Origin: Alphaproteobacteria bacterium
GTDB lineage: Bacteria > Pseudomonadota > Alphaproteobacteria > JABAAW01
Assembly (NCBI GenBank): GCA_014238535.1
Contig: JABAAW010000003.1
Span: 2,105-66,104, forward strand
Direction: 5' to 3'
DNA: 64,000 bases
The notes beneath the pieces were generated by a model. The model was not told the DNA's origin, did not search any database, and worked only from the letters and a program-made list of their open reading frames with translations. The translations under genes were made by a program, and so were the position numbers. Below, piece by piece: positions 28,189 to 37,785 of this stretch (its first letter is position 1; the number at the start of each line of letters is the position of its first letter).

Positions 28189-29123
28189 ACTGGAGCTGGA
28201 GCAAAATATATTCGGCTATGCGCTTTTTACTGCATACAGATGCCGATACAACTCCTCTAGGAGCAGCTTTCGCCGCAGAACGCGCTACTATTCTGTTACC
28301 ATGGGTCGTAGGAGTAATGGCTTATTTGGCGTTGCTGATGGTTTCAACTTCTATGGCTATCGAAAATACAATCGTTCGCTGGCGTAGCGATCTCGCAGAT
28401 CGCATAACAGTCGTCGTGCCTCCACAAATCGAAAACATCGAGGCTACAGATCAAATATCCTCGATAGACGAAGTATTAAATTTCTTGCTCAAAGATGCAT
28501 CGGTGGTGCAGGCAGAAGAAATCCCAACAAAAAGCCTACAAAAACTTATAGAGCCATGGCTGGGCACTGCCGCATACACAGAAGGACTACCGATACCTCG
28601 ATTGATTAAAGTCGAAATGCGTAGAGTAGATAATACAAATATCGATCAATTGCGAGAGCGAATCGAAAAAAAATTCCCGCAAGTACTACTAGACGATCAT
28701 CGCTTATGGCGAACTAGATTGCTAGCTATAGGGCGAATCTTAGAAGGAATCGCAATAGCCGCAACGATCATGTCATTAGCAACTGCGCTGGTCGTAATCG
28801 CATTAGGCGTGCAGATAGCCATGAGTAAGCACGCAACAACCATACAATTATTACGAGTCATGGGAGCAGAAGATACATACATAACCGCACAATTCATGCC
28901 CACAGTGCGACGCGCAGCAACAATCGGGAATGCCAGCGCATTCATCGCATTCCTTGCAACCTATGCGTTGCTACGATTCTTCGCTCAAGGATTCGTTCCA
29001 CAACGCTTGGGACCATATGGATGGCAATGGGTGACCATCTCGATAGTGCCCGCATTGCTATTCTGTGCAGCATTAGCCGTGCTAGTCGTTACCATGCGCG
29101 TCAGGCTACTGAAAACTCCTTGA
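28185..29123 (+). CDS. ftsX: cell division permease-like protein FtsX
   Basis: 312 aa. 4-nt overlap with ftsE. One N-terminal TM, a periplasmic domain, and three C-terminal TM helices. Confidence 0.8.
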   Translation: MNWSWSKIYSAMRFLLHTDADTTPLGAAFAAERATILLPWVVGVMAYLALLMVSTSMAIENTIVRWRSDLADRITVVVPPQIENIEATDQISSIDEVLNFLLKDASVVQAEEIPTKSLQKLIEPWLGTAAYTEGLPIPRLIKVEMRRVDNTNIDQLRERIEKKFPQVLLDDHRLWRTRLLAIGRILEGIAIAATIMSLATALVVIALGVQIAMSKHATTIQLLRVMGAEDTYITAQFMPTVRRAATIGNASAFIAFLATYALLRFFAQGFVPQRLGPYGWQWVTISIVPALLFCAALAVLVVTMRVRLLKTP

Positions 29124-29174
29124 ATAAAAAACTCAATAGTACGTTGCAGATAAGTCTTACCTAGGAGAAAAATC

Positions 29175-29771
29175 TTGTTCAGTCGCGCTAATAATATATT
29201 CGATTTCATCATATTCACAATGCTTTGGGGTGCGCTAGCCTTGCTCGGAATTTTCGCTGTAGGATTCTTGTGGTTCTACCAATCCTTGCCAGAGAAAATG
29301 CAAACACCATTCTCAGAACGCGCGCAGGCAATTATCGTGTTTACAGGTTCTAATGCTAGAGTGCCAAAAGCATTGGAACTGCTACGCGAATCACATGCAC
29401 CTATACTCTTTGTCTCCGGAGTTCATCGAAACACCGAAAGCGATGATATTGGGCGGTCTTCTCTCGATAATATCGTGCTCGGGCGTTCTGCTCGAAACAC
29501 ATTCGAAAACGCAATCGAAACAGCTCTGTGGGTGCAAAAAGCAAACATTAAAAAAGCAATTCTCATAACTTCCGCAATACACATGCCGCGTAGCAAGCAC
29601 TACTTGCAGCACTTTTCTCCTAACTTGGAAATAGTGCCTCTTGCCGTGCAGATAGCTAAACCATATCGGCAATGGTGGCGAGCAGCGCTAAAGGAATATG
29701 CTAAATATTTACTATCTTTAGTGCATACCTTGTTTGCAAATCCGACAGAAAAATTTGCAATAACCAGCTGA
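29175..29771 (+). CDS. YdcF/DUF218 family protein
   Basis: TTG start and an N-terminal TM helix. AIIVFTGSNARV...LFVSG matches the DUF218 core. The ftsEX-DUF218-plsC order is conserved in alphaproteobacteria. Confidence 0.75.
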   Translation: MFSRANNIFDFIIFTMLWGALALLGIFAVGFLWFYQSLPEKMQTPFSERAQAIIVFTGSNARVPKALELLRESHAPILFVSGVHRNTESDDIGRSSLDNIVLGRSARNTFENAIETALWVQKANIKKAILITSAIHMPRSKHYLQHFSPNLEIVPLAVQIAKPYRQWWRAALKEYAKYLLSLVHTLFANPTEKFAITS

Positions 29772-29784
29772 AAAACGAATTAGT

Positions 29785-30522
29785 ATGTTGAAAAAAATTA
29801 TAACGCGATCACGCTTTTTCATATTTTCGGCCATTATGGTTATCGTGACGCTGGCAATATGCCTCGTGTCTACGGTTATATCGTTGCTAACATTTTGGCG
29901 CGATTCTCCTTTGACACTCAATTCGCTTTTTATATCCTGCTTTAATCTTTCTTGTCGTTCTATACTAGGCATAAGCTTTCGTATCATCGGAAAGCACAAC
30001 CTGCCCGCAGACGGAAATGTATTCTTCGCATGCAAACATCAATCCTTGTGGGAAACCATAGCGCTTATACCCGTATTGTCTCTTAATGTATATGTGGGTA
30101 AAAAAATATTAACTCTGATACCAATATGGGGATGGTCGTTATATTCCTCCGGTAATTACATTCCACTCAATCGAGGAAAGGCAACCGCTAGCACTTTTGC
30201 TCTATTGCGCCATCTACGGCGCCGATTTTCTTCTAAAAAAAATGTACGCATGATAATATTCCCTGAAGGAAGGCGTAGCTTGCCAAACGAGACACCCGTC
30301 TATCGCGGAGGGCTAGATTTGTTATACCGAATATTCGCCGTTCAAGTCGTTCCCTTAGCACTAAACAGTGGTTATCTGTGGCCTAAACAAGGCTACCTCA
30401 AAGGAGGAACCATAACAGTATCAATCTTACCGCCTATTGCTCCAGGCTTAGGAAAAAACAAACTCATGCCTTTGCTACAAGATAGAATCGAGAAAGAAAC
30501 AAAAGCTATCGGTGCGCCTTGA
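29785..30522 (+). CDS. plsC: 1-acyl-sn-glycerol-3-phosphate acyltransferase
   Basis: 245 aa. Acyltransferase block I as HQSLWE (the usual Asp is Glu here) and block III as IFPEGRRS. Confidence 0.85.
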   Translation: MLKKIITRSRFFIFSAIMVIVTLAICLVSTVISLLTFWRDSPLTLNSLFISCFNLSCRSILGISFRIIGKHNLPADGNVFFACKHQSLWETIALIPVLSLNVYVGKKILTLIPIWGWSLYSSGNYIPLNRGKATASTFALLRHLRRRFSSKKNVRMIIFPEGRRSLPNETPVYRGGLDLLYRIFAVQVVPLALNSGYLWPKQGYLKGGTITVSILPPIAPGLGKNKLMPLLQDRIEKETKAIGAP

Positions 30523-30700
30523 CGCTATTAGAAAATAGTCTCTGCAAAAGATAATGCTAACCTTGCTCTTTGTTGCGCAAATAAAATAAATGCGGTAGTA
30601 TGCACTACCATTCTGATAGTCTTTGTGCAAAATCTGTCTTGGCAATCTGGCAGGATGTTGGAGATATTCTTTATGATCAGCAAAAGAGGTAAATAGTAAC

Positions 30701-33004
30701 GTGCGTGCTTATATCGCGCAGGTATTGGTCTTCATCAATGGAGTCTTCGTGCACTCGCGACGCGGTCCCACTACCATTACAATCATATTCCTTTTGCTCG
30801 CAGTGTCATATCGAGTGAATGATCCGCCGTTCATAGAGGAATTGCGTCTGCGTAGCTTCGATAGCTATGTGCGAGCTTGGCCACACCAGGGGATAACCTC
30901 GAGACCAATCGCAATCGTCGATATCGACGAGCGCTCTTTGGAAAAATTAGGACAATGGCCTTGGCCACGCACAGTCGTCGGCGATCTTCTTAAGTCTTTG
31001 CACCACTACGATATTGCCGTACTTTCTATGGATGTCGTCTTCTCTGAAGAAGATCGCACATCTCCAAATAATTTGGTACGACATGTTCTATACGACATAG
31101 ACCCCATAACTCGAGACCGTTTATCGCGCTTACCAGATAACGAACTATATATGACAAGAGTCATGCAAGATGGCTTGCCTGTCGTATTGGGCATGCCTAG
31201 TTCTAACAAAAGCGTCGATATTAATGAAAAACTACCCCCATCCGCGGTGAAGGGCGCTTTTGGTCCAGACCCGATTCAGTTCATTAAAGCGAATCGTTTT
31301 AATAATTTACTTCCAAACCTAAACGTCTTGAACGAACAAGCACAAGGCTTTGGGGTGTTTTCATTTGGTTTCGACTACGACGGTACAGTGCGACGAGTGC
31401 CGATAATTGTCAGAGTCAGAAAACAAGCATATCCAGGATTAGCCATCGAAACTTTGCGAGTCGGATCGGAAAGCACCGCCCTATACGCAAGAAGTGCCGA
31501 AAATGTCGGAATCATATCCGTATTGCTACAACGCAAGGACGGGTCGAACATAGTAGTCCCCACTGACTCACAAGGTCGTATTTGGGTCAAATACGGAGAG
31601 CCACAGCCATACAACATCGCATACCAGCAGGGGCAAAAGAAAAGGTTATATATCTCTGCTATCGACGTGCTCGAAAGACGCATACCTAAAGAGTGGTTGA
31701 AAAATCACTTCGTTTTCTTTGGCGCATCTGCTGCGGGATTAAAAGACCTTCGCAACACTCCTATCGACCCTTCTCTGCCAGGCGTTGAGGTGCATGCAAA
31801 TGTTCTCTCTAACATACTATCAGAAGATTCTCTTTCCGTACCACCTTCGGTCGGACTGTTAGAAACCTTGGTGATGCTGATTGTAGGAATTTCCATAATA
31901 CTAATAAAAAGGCGATTCTCACTTGTTCCAGCTTTTTTGTTCTTGATTTTCTTCGTAGCTAGCAACTTCTTCGTTAGCGTCTACATGTATCTGGAACATG
32001 GAGTTCTTTATGATGCTCTCTTAACCAGCTTGGTAACATTCTTGATATTCATCATGTTCGCGCTGTTCAACTACTTGCGCGAATCCTCTGAGAAAAAGCA
32101 TATACGTCGTGCTTTCGTTCAGTACTTGTCGCCAGACTTGGTAGACCAGCTTTCATCGTCGCCAGAAAAGCTAAGCTTGGGTGGAGAGATGCGAACCATG
32201 TCGTTTTTATTCTGCGATGTGCGCGGTTTTACTACTATCTCCGAGAGTTTCAAGACTAATCCACAAGGTTTAACTCAACTCATCAACCGCCTGCTGACAC
32301 CGCTGACGAATGAAATTTTAGAGAACAAGGGAACAATTGATAAGTATATGGGCGATTGTATAATGGCGTTTTGGAATGCTCCGCTTAATGATGAGATGCA
32401 CGCGCAAAATGCTGTAAACTCTGGATTAAGGATGTTTCGCGCGTTAGATAGATTAAACACCATACGCAAAAAAGAAGCTAAACAAGCAAATAAGGAATAC
32501 TTGCAAATAAATGTCGGAGTCGGAATCAACACAGGTGAGGCAGTTGTAGGAAATATGGGTTCCGAGCAGCGATTCGATTATTCGGTTTTGGGTGATCCTG
32601 TAAACCTCGCATCGCGTCTAGAGGGACAATCTAAATCATACGGAGTCGGTATGGTAATAGGCGAAGACACCGCAACGATGCTACAACAGGAGCACTTTGC
32701 AATCGTCGAACTGGATAGCATCGCGGTTAAGGGCAAGGAGGAGGCTGTGCGAATACATACAGTTTTGGGTAACGAATCATACGAAAATTGGGACGAGCTG
32801 AATGAACTATTGCCACAACACAAAACTTTTTTGGATAAATACCGAAGTAAAAAATGGGATGCTGCCGAAAAATTAGCGAAAACTTGTGCTAAATTTATGC
32901 CGTTAGCTAAATTTTACGATATGTACATTGATCGAATTAACAATTACCGTTCCTCTCCTCCTGCTCGTGATTGGGATGGGGTCTATCGTGCGGTGAGCAA
33001 ATAA
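30701..33004 (+). CDS. CHASE2-domain class III adenylate/guanylate cyclase
   Basis: 767 aa with a GVG start. TM, a ~330-aa periplasmic CHASE2-like region, three TM helices, then a cyclase domain (FCDVRGFTTISE, GDCIMAFWNAP, GINTGEAVVGNMG, YSVLGDPVNLASRLE). Confidence 0.85.
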   Translation: MRAYIAQVLVFINGVFVHSRRGPTTITIIFLLLAVSYRVNDPPFIEELRLRSFDSYVRAWPHQGITSRPIAIVDIDERSLEKLGQWPWPRTVVGDLLKSLHHYDIAVLSMDVVFSEEDRTSPNNLVRHVLYDIDPITRDRLSRLPDNELYMTRVMQDGLPVVLGMPSSNKSVDINEKLPPSAVKGAFGPDPIQFIKANRFNNLLPNLNVLNEQAQGFGVFSFGFDYDGTVRRVPIIVRVRKQAYPGLAIETLRVGSESTALYARSAENVGIISVLLQRKDGSNIVVPTDSQGRIWVKYGEPQPYNIAYQQGQKKRLYISAIDVLERRIPKEWLKNHFVFFGASAAGLKDLRNTPIDPSLPGVEVHANVLSNILSEDSLSVPPSVGLLETLVMLIVGISIILIKRRFSLVPAFLFLIFFVASNFFVSVYMYLEHGVLYDALLTSLVTFLIFIMFALFNYLRESSEKKHIRRAFVQYLSPDLVDQLSSSPEKLSLGGEMRTMSFLFCDVRGFTTISESFKTNPQGLTQLINRLLTPLTNEILENKGTIDKYMGDCIMAFWNAPLNDEMHAQNAVNSGLRMFRALDRLNTIRKKEAKQANKEYLQINVGVGINTGEAVVGNMGSEQRFDYSVLGDPVNLASRLEGQSKSYGVGMVIGEDTATMLQQEHFAIVELDSIAVKGKEEAVRIHTVLGNESYENWDELNELLPQHKTFLDKYRSKKWDAAEKLAKTCAKFMPLAKFYDMYIDRINNYRSSPPARDWDGVYRAVSK

Positions 33005-33016
33005 AGGCATTTTGCA

Positions 33017-34828
33017 ATGGCAGAAGAAAAAAAAGAAACCGATGATCCTAATGCCTTCGCGCATCTGGTAAGCCGTATTGGCAAACCGCCTTCATTTTCA
33101 GAAGAGTGGTTTCAAGAATTACTAAAGGCTACCGATGGTCTGCGTCGTCGTGCGGTCTACTATTCATGCTTCGTCAACTTGACGGCAATCGCCGCGCCGA
33201 TATTTACTCTGCAGGTATATGACCGAGTCATTTTCCACGCGGGGTTAGAGACGCTAAAGGCTCTTGTTATAGGTATCTTGATCGTTCTATTTTTTGATTT
33301 TTTAATGCGAAAGGCGCGCGCAAATCTCTTCCGCGCTGTGTCTTTGCGAAACGATGTACTAGTCGGACACAAAATGTTCCGCCACACCATGAACCTACCC
33401 TTGCGCGAGCTAGAGCGACGACCTACAGGGCAGTGGATTTCATTCTTCAACGACTTGTCTGCCGTGCGCAACCGTATGGGCGGACCAATGGCAGCTCAGT
33501 TTATCGATGTACCATTCTCATTATTGTTTTTGCTCGTCATCTTCTTCATCGCTACGCCGATCGCGTGGATTCCTATTGTCTCGGCAATCTTGTTTCTAAT
33601 CCTAATTTGGCGTGCAGATGTAAGCGTCGCAGCTAGGGTTTCTAAAGAGCAAGAGCAGATAGTTAATCGTAATGGGCTTCTAAACGAGCTCTTGCACGCT
33701 CGCACAACCGTCAAGTCGCTATCCTTAGCCTTACCTTCTGAGACGCGGTGGGCAGAGACGCAGGGCTCTCTGGTAGAAGAATCAGTTTTGCGAGGGGCAG
33801 CCCACGACCATTACCAAACACTCAGTTATACCATGACACAAATGACGACAGTCGCCATGACAAGCGTGGGTGCGCTCGCAATAGTCAATCAATCTATGAC
33901 GATGGGGGCACTCATCGCAGCGAATATGCTCGGCGGAAGGATGATCGCCAATTTAGGGCAAACCTTGAACTATTGGCGCGGATATCAAACTTATGTCGCA
34001 TCGAAAAAACGCTTAAGCAATGTTTTTGGCATAGAAACTGAGAAGGTTCGCTCAGAGGTAGCGCAAGAAACTCCGCAGGGGCTGATTACTTTCTCAGACC
34101 TCTCGTTCCGCTACGAAGAGCGAGGGCCACTCGCATTGGAAGAAGCAGGCGGTAAGATAGGCCCCGGCGGTTTCTATGTGCTGGTCGGTGCGAATGGCAG
34201 TGGCAAAAGCACATTGATGAAACTACTACGCGGTTTATATTATCCTGAAAAAGGTGTCGTGATGATCGACGAGCGCGACATTCGACAATTCACAAATCAA
34301 GAGATCGCACGCTGGATTGGTTATATGCCACAGGATTGCACGCTGTTTAGTGGAACGCTGCACTCGAACATTATCTTCGGAGCCGAGCGCTACGATGATA
34401 AATCTATCCTAGAAGCTACAAAATACGCAAACTGTCATCACATCATAACAAAACTACCTCATGGCTACGAAACTCCAGTAGGCGAAGGCGGAACCAATAT
34501 CTCGCCCGGGTTACGGCAAAAAATTTGCCTCGCTCGTCTTTACTTGCGCGAGCCAAACATAATCTACCTCGACGAGCCGACAAACCATCTAGACCAGCAA
34601 GGAGTTACAGACCTAGCGACTTCTCTAAAGTTACTCGCAAAAACAAAAACCGTGCTAGTAATATCGCACAACCCAGCTTTGTTGCAACAGGCGGACTATA
34701 TCGTTGTGATGGAGGAGGGGCATATTCGACAAATCGCTCCGAAGGATGTGATCGCTAAACAGGCGGCAGAACGCAACAAAAAGGCAGATCAGCGAAAGCT
34801 GCCAGCGCAAGAAAATAATGAGAAATAA
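33017..34828 (+). CDS. type I secretion system permease/ATPase (PrtD/HlyB family, no C39 peptidase domain)
   Basis: 603 aa. The T1SS hallmark LQVYDRV sits in TM1, with Walker A GANGSGKST. The signature (ISPGLRQK) and D-loop (DEPTNHLD) are atypical. Starts 12 nt after the cyclase stop. Confidence 0.8.
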   Translation: MAEEKKETDDPNAFAHLVSRIGKPPSFSEEWFQELLKATDGLRRRAVYYSCFVNLTAIAAPIFTLQVYDRVIFHAGLETLKALVIGILIVLFFDFLMRKARANLFRAVSLRNDVLVGHKMFRHTMNLPLRELERRPTGQWISFFNDLSAVRNRMGGPMAAQFIDVPFSLLFLLVIFFIATPIAWIPIVSAILFLILIWRADVSVAARVSKEQEQIVNRNGLLNELLHARTTVKSLSLALPSETRWAETQGSLVEESVLRGAAHDHYQTLSYTMTQMTTVAMTSVGALAIVNQSMTMGALIAANMLGGRMIANLGQTLNYWRGYQTYVASKKRLSNVFGIETEKVRSEVAQETPQGLITFSDLSFRYEERGPLALEEAGGKIGPGGFYVLVGANGSGKSTLMKLLRGLYYPEKGVVMIDERDIRQFTNQEIARWIGYMPQDCTLFSGTLHSNIIFGAERYDDKSILEATKYANCHHIITKLPHGYETPVGEGGTNISPGLRQKICLARLYLREPNIIYLDEPTNHLDQQGVTDLATSLKLLAKTKTVLVISHNPALLQQADYIVVMEEGHIRQIAPKDVIAKQAAERNKKADQRKLPAQENNEK

Positions 34829-34849
34829 TAAAAAACCAGAAATAGAGCT

Positions 34850-36181
34850 ATGCCGTTAGAATTTATCGCTCACGGAGGTGGAGGTGAGGACAAGGATATA
34901 AATCCTCTGCAACGCTTAATCAGCAAGTACCGTTGGCTAGAGCGTAACCGCCTGGCGTTCTTGTCATCAGCTTTTATAGTGATATTCTTCATTTGGGCTT
35001 GCTTTGCTAAACTAGAGAAGTTCTCAACCCTGCCAGGTAGTATCGTCCCGCAAGAAAAAACACAGGTCATACAGCACTTGGAGGGAGGTATCATCGAAGA
35101 TGTCCTCGTCAACAGCGGAGACCAAGTGGAGAAAGGCGATATCTTGTTCCGCATCGACCTAGCGGGTAGTCAGCGCGAGGAACAACTCTTGGCAGAGCTA
35201 GATGGCTATGTGCTACGAAAAGCGCGAATCGAGGCAGAAATAAATGGCGAAGAACTAAAACTGCCCGAAGAGGAAGCTCTGCGAAGACCAGAAATCACAG
35301 CAGCCGAAAGGGGCGCATACTTTTCTGCTCGAAACCAACTCGATAATCGTCTAAAGATTTACGACGCACAAATAGAGCAAGAACGGCGAAAAATAAGCGA
35401 AAACGAAGCGCGCCGTAACACTTTTACAAACGATCTAGAAATCCAAAGAGAAAGCGCAAAGGTCAAGGAAGAACTATACAAGCAAGGACTAAGCGCACGA
35501 ATCGAATACCTAGAAGCAAAGTCTCGGGTCGAGCAAATAGAGGGACGCCTGAAAGAACTAGAGGAAATCATTCTAGCATCTCGCTCAGCCTTAGTGCAGG
35601 TGAAGGCACAACGCCAAGAGGTTTCGCGTGAGTATCAAGGCGGCTTGTCGCGCGAAAAACTATCCGTCGATAATCTATTGCTACAAACAAGCATCGAATA
35701 CCAACGGGCAAAGGAAGCAGAAGCGCGAAAAGAAGTCGTAGCCCCTTTGCGAGGAATAGTTAAGCAAATATACTTCAATACCATAGGTGGCGTTGTTCGC
35801 CCAGGTGACCCTGTCATGGAAATCGTTCCGTCAAGTGAGAATCTAGTGATCGAAGGTAGGTTGCCACCACACGAACGCGGATTCGTACGAGTCGATCAAA
35901 ATGCAGTCGTGAAAATCACAGCTTATGATTTTCTGCTATACGGCGGGTTGCGCGGTAAAGTCGAGCAAATCTCTGCCGATACTCTACCTGCACCAGATGG
36001 CACGACATACTTTCGGGTCGTGATTAAAACGGACAAAAACTATGTAGGTGATGTACCAGGATTGTTACCCATTACTCCGGGTATGGAGGTCACCGCCGAT
36101 ATTCATACCGATGATCGATCGGTTATCTCTTATGTCATGCGGCCGGTTTTTCGTTTGAAAAACAACGCCTTTCGCGAATAA
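34850..36181 (+). CDS. HlyD-family type I secretion membrane-fusion protein
   Basis: 443 aa. N-terminal TM, lipoyl-like halves (HLEGGIIEDVLV..GD.V.KGD / APLRGIVKQI), and a long coiled-coil hairpin between them. Confidence 0.85.
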   Translation: MPLEFIAHGGGGEDKDINPLQRLISKYRWLERNRLAFLSSAFIVIFFIWACFAKLEKFSTLPGSIVPQEKTQVIQHLEGGIIEDVLVNSGDQVEKGDILFRIDLAGSQREEQLLAELDGYVLRKARIEAEINGEELKLPEEEALRRPEITAAERGAYFSARNQLDNRLKIYDAQIEQERRKISENEARRNTFTNDLEIQRESAKVKEELYKQGLSARIEYLEAKSRVEQIEGRLKELEEIILASRSALVQVKAQRQEVSREYQGGLSREKLSVDNLLLQTSIEYQRAKEAEARKEVVAPLRGIVKQIYFNTIGGVVRPGDPVMEIVPSSENLVIEGRLPPHERGFVRVDQNAVVKITAYDFLLYGGLRGKVEQISADTLPAPDGTTYFRVVIKTDKNYVGDVPGLLPITPGMEVTADIHTDDRSVISYVMRPVFRLKNNAFRE

Positions 36182-36194
36182 CGCGTTCGTACTC

Positions 36195-37115
36195 CTAAAA
36201 GTTCGAATGAGGTAGCAGAGCCCGTAGACCGCAACGATAGTCGGGATATAAAAGGCGAATACCTAACTGCTCCTTCATTCGCTTGTTACGCGCACGCTTA
36301 TGTTCGCGGTGGAAACTCAAAGCTAAGTCCGATATATCGTAAGCTAGCGAGGTTGGTGAAGCATCGTCTTGCGCTTTCTTTATTTGTTCCGCCTGTTCGT
36401 GGTCTAAGAATGCAGGTGGCTCGCAACCCAACAATTTAGACGCGTATAGTATGACTTCGTGTGCGGGGGTCGGAAGGTCGTCACAGATGTTGAAAAAGCC
36501 AACCTCTTGCCGCTGTAACGCGCAACCCATCGCAGAAACCAAATCATCGACATGGATACGGTTGAAAACTTTGTCGCTACGAATGATAGGTTTCACCTTT
36601 TTTGATGGTGAGCAAGGCGCACGCAGTATGCGCTCGATAGCATTTCGCCCCTTACCATAGATAGCAGCGATGCGAAAGATACAGAGCTTTGTGTTGCGCG
36701 CTTGCTGTATCCATAGATTTTCTGCCTGCAAGCGATTCTTTCCACGCTCGCTTAAAGGTAAAGCTGGCGGTGTCGTCTCGTCAATCCACGCGCCCTGATG
36801 GTTGCCATAGACCGAAAGGCTAGAGCAGTAGCATATCCAAGGGATATTACCGACAGCATCTCCGTAGCGCTCTAGTACAGGCTCGCACGCAGCTGATGGG
36901 GGAACCGTGCTAACTAAATGCGTGGTTTTTGCTAACGCCTCGCGTACGCGCTCGTCATCATCGAAGCGGTATAAGCGAATGCCTGATGGCATACGCCTTG
37001 AGATACCACCCGAGGTGCCCCTTGAGGTGCCGCAAACATCGAAGCCCGCTTTTTGCGCGTAGCGTGCAAGTAACGCCCCGCTATACCCTAGTCCGAAGCA
37101 GAATAGAAAGGGCAT
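36195..37115 (-). CDS. NAD(P)-binding epimerase/dehydratase-like (SDR superfamily) protein
   Basis: 306 aa. N-terminal Rossmann fold FGLGYSGALLA, ...YG..K, FNRIHVDDL. Specific function not recognisable. Confidence 0.65.
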   Translation of the reverse strand: MPFLFCFGLGYSGALLARYAQKAGFDVCGTSRGTSGGISRRMPSGIRLYRFDDDERVREALAKTTHLVSTVPPSAACEPVLERYGDAVGNIPWICYCSSLSVYGNHQGAWIDETTPPALPLSERGKNRLQAENLWIQQARNTKLCIFRIAAIYGKGRNAIERILRAPCSPSKKVKPIIRSDKVFNRIHVDDLVSAMGCALQRQEVGFFNICDDLPTPAHEVILYASKLLGCEPPAFLDHEQAEQIKKAQDDASPTSLAYDISDLALSFHREHKRARNKRMKEQLGIRLLYPDYRCGLRALLPHSNF

Positions 37116-37175
37116 TGCTCAAATTTTTTGCTAACAACGATTGTTTGGGCGAAATTACTTCTTTTTTATTTGCCC

Positions 37176-37766
37176 TTATTTACCAATGGCACGTAAAAAT
37201 TCGTTTTGCAGAGCACGGTCGTCTTTGCTCGCAAAAGCTCCGCTATAGCGACTCGTCACCATCTTTACTTTTGCCTGTTGCACACCGCGTGTCGTCATAC
37301 AATGATGCGCAGCCTCTACGAAGACTGCAGTGCCACGAGGCTTAAGCACTCGTTCTAGCGTGTTGGAGATTTGTGCCGTCAGCTTTTCTTGTATCTGTAG
37401 CCTACGCGCATACATTTCGGTCAAGCGAACTAGTTTAGATATGCCAACGATGCGCTTGTCTGGTAAGTATCCTATATGCACAACGCCCGTTATCGGTGCC
37501 ATGTGGTGTTCGCAATGCGAAGCGAAGAAAATATCGCGTAGTAAGACCATGTCGTTATAGTTTTCGATTTCTTGGAAAAAGCGGTTTAGGTAGTCGTCGG
37601 GGTTTTCCTTATAGCCACGGTAGTATTCTTTGAAGGCTTGTACTACACGCTTGGGGGTATCGAGCAAGCCTTCGCGCTGTGGATTGTCACCAGCAAAGCG
37701 CAGGAGTGTGCGGACAGCTTGTTTGGCGTCTTCTTCCGATACTACATCAGAGGCATCTGTATCCAT
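37176..37766 (-). CDS. folE: GTP cyclohydrolase I
   Basis: 196 aa. GLLDTPKRV, SHCEHHMAPI, and RLQIQEKLT motifs. Confidence 0.95.
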   Translation of the reverse strand: MDTDASDVVSEEDAKQAVRTLLRFAGDNPQREGLLDTPKRVVQAFKEYYRGYKENPDDYLNRFFQEIENYNDMVLLRDIFFASHCEHHMAPITGVVHIGYLPDKRIVGISKLVRLTEMYARRLQIQEKLTAQISNTLERVLKPRGTAVFVEAAHHCMTTRGVQQAKVKMVTSRYSGAFASKDDRALQNEFLRAIGK

Positions 37767-37785
37767 TTATTCTTCCTTATTACTT

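Noticed and set aside
30600-30692. 30-codon ORF (MHYHSDSLCAKSVLAIWQDVGDILYDQQKR) in the leader of the cyclase/T1SS operon, considered as a possible secreted peptide substrate.
   Set aside because: There is no Shine-Dalgarno sequence, no double-glycine leader or T1SS-type C-terminal signal, and no supporting conservation that I can assess. An ORF this short in A+T-rich DNA is expected by chance.
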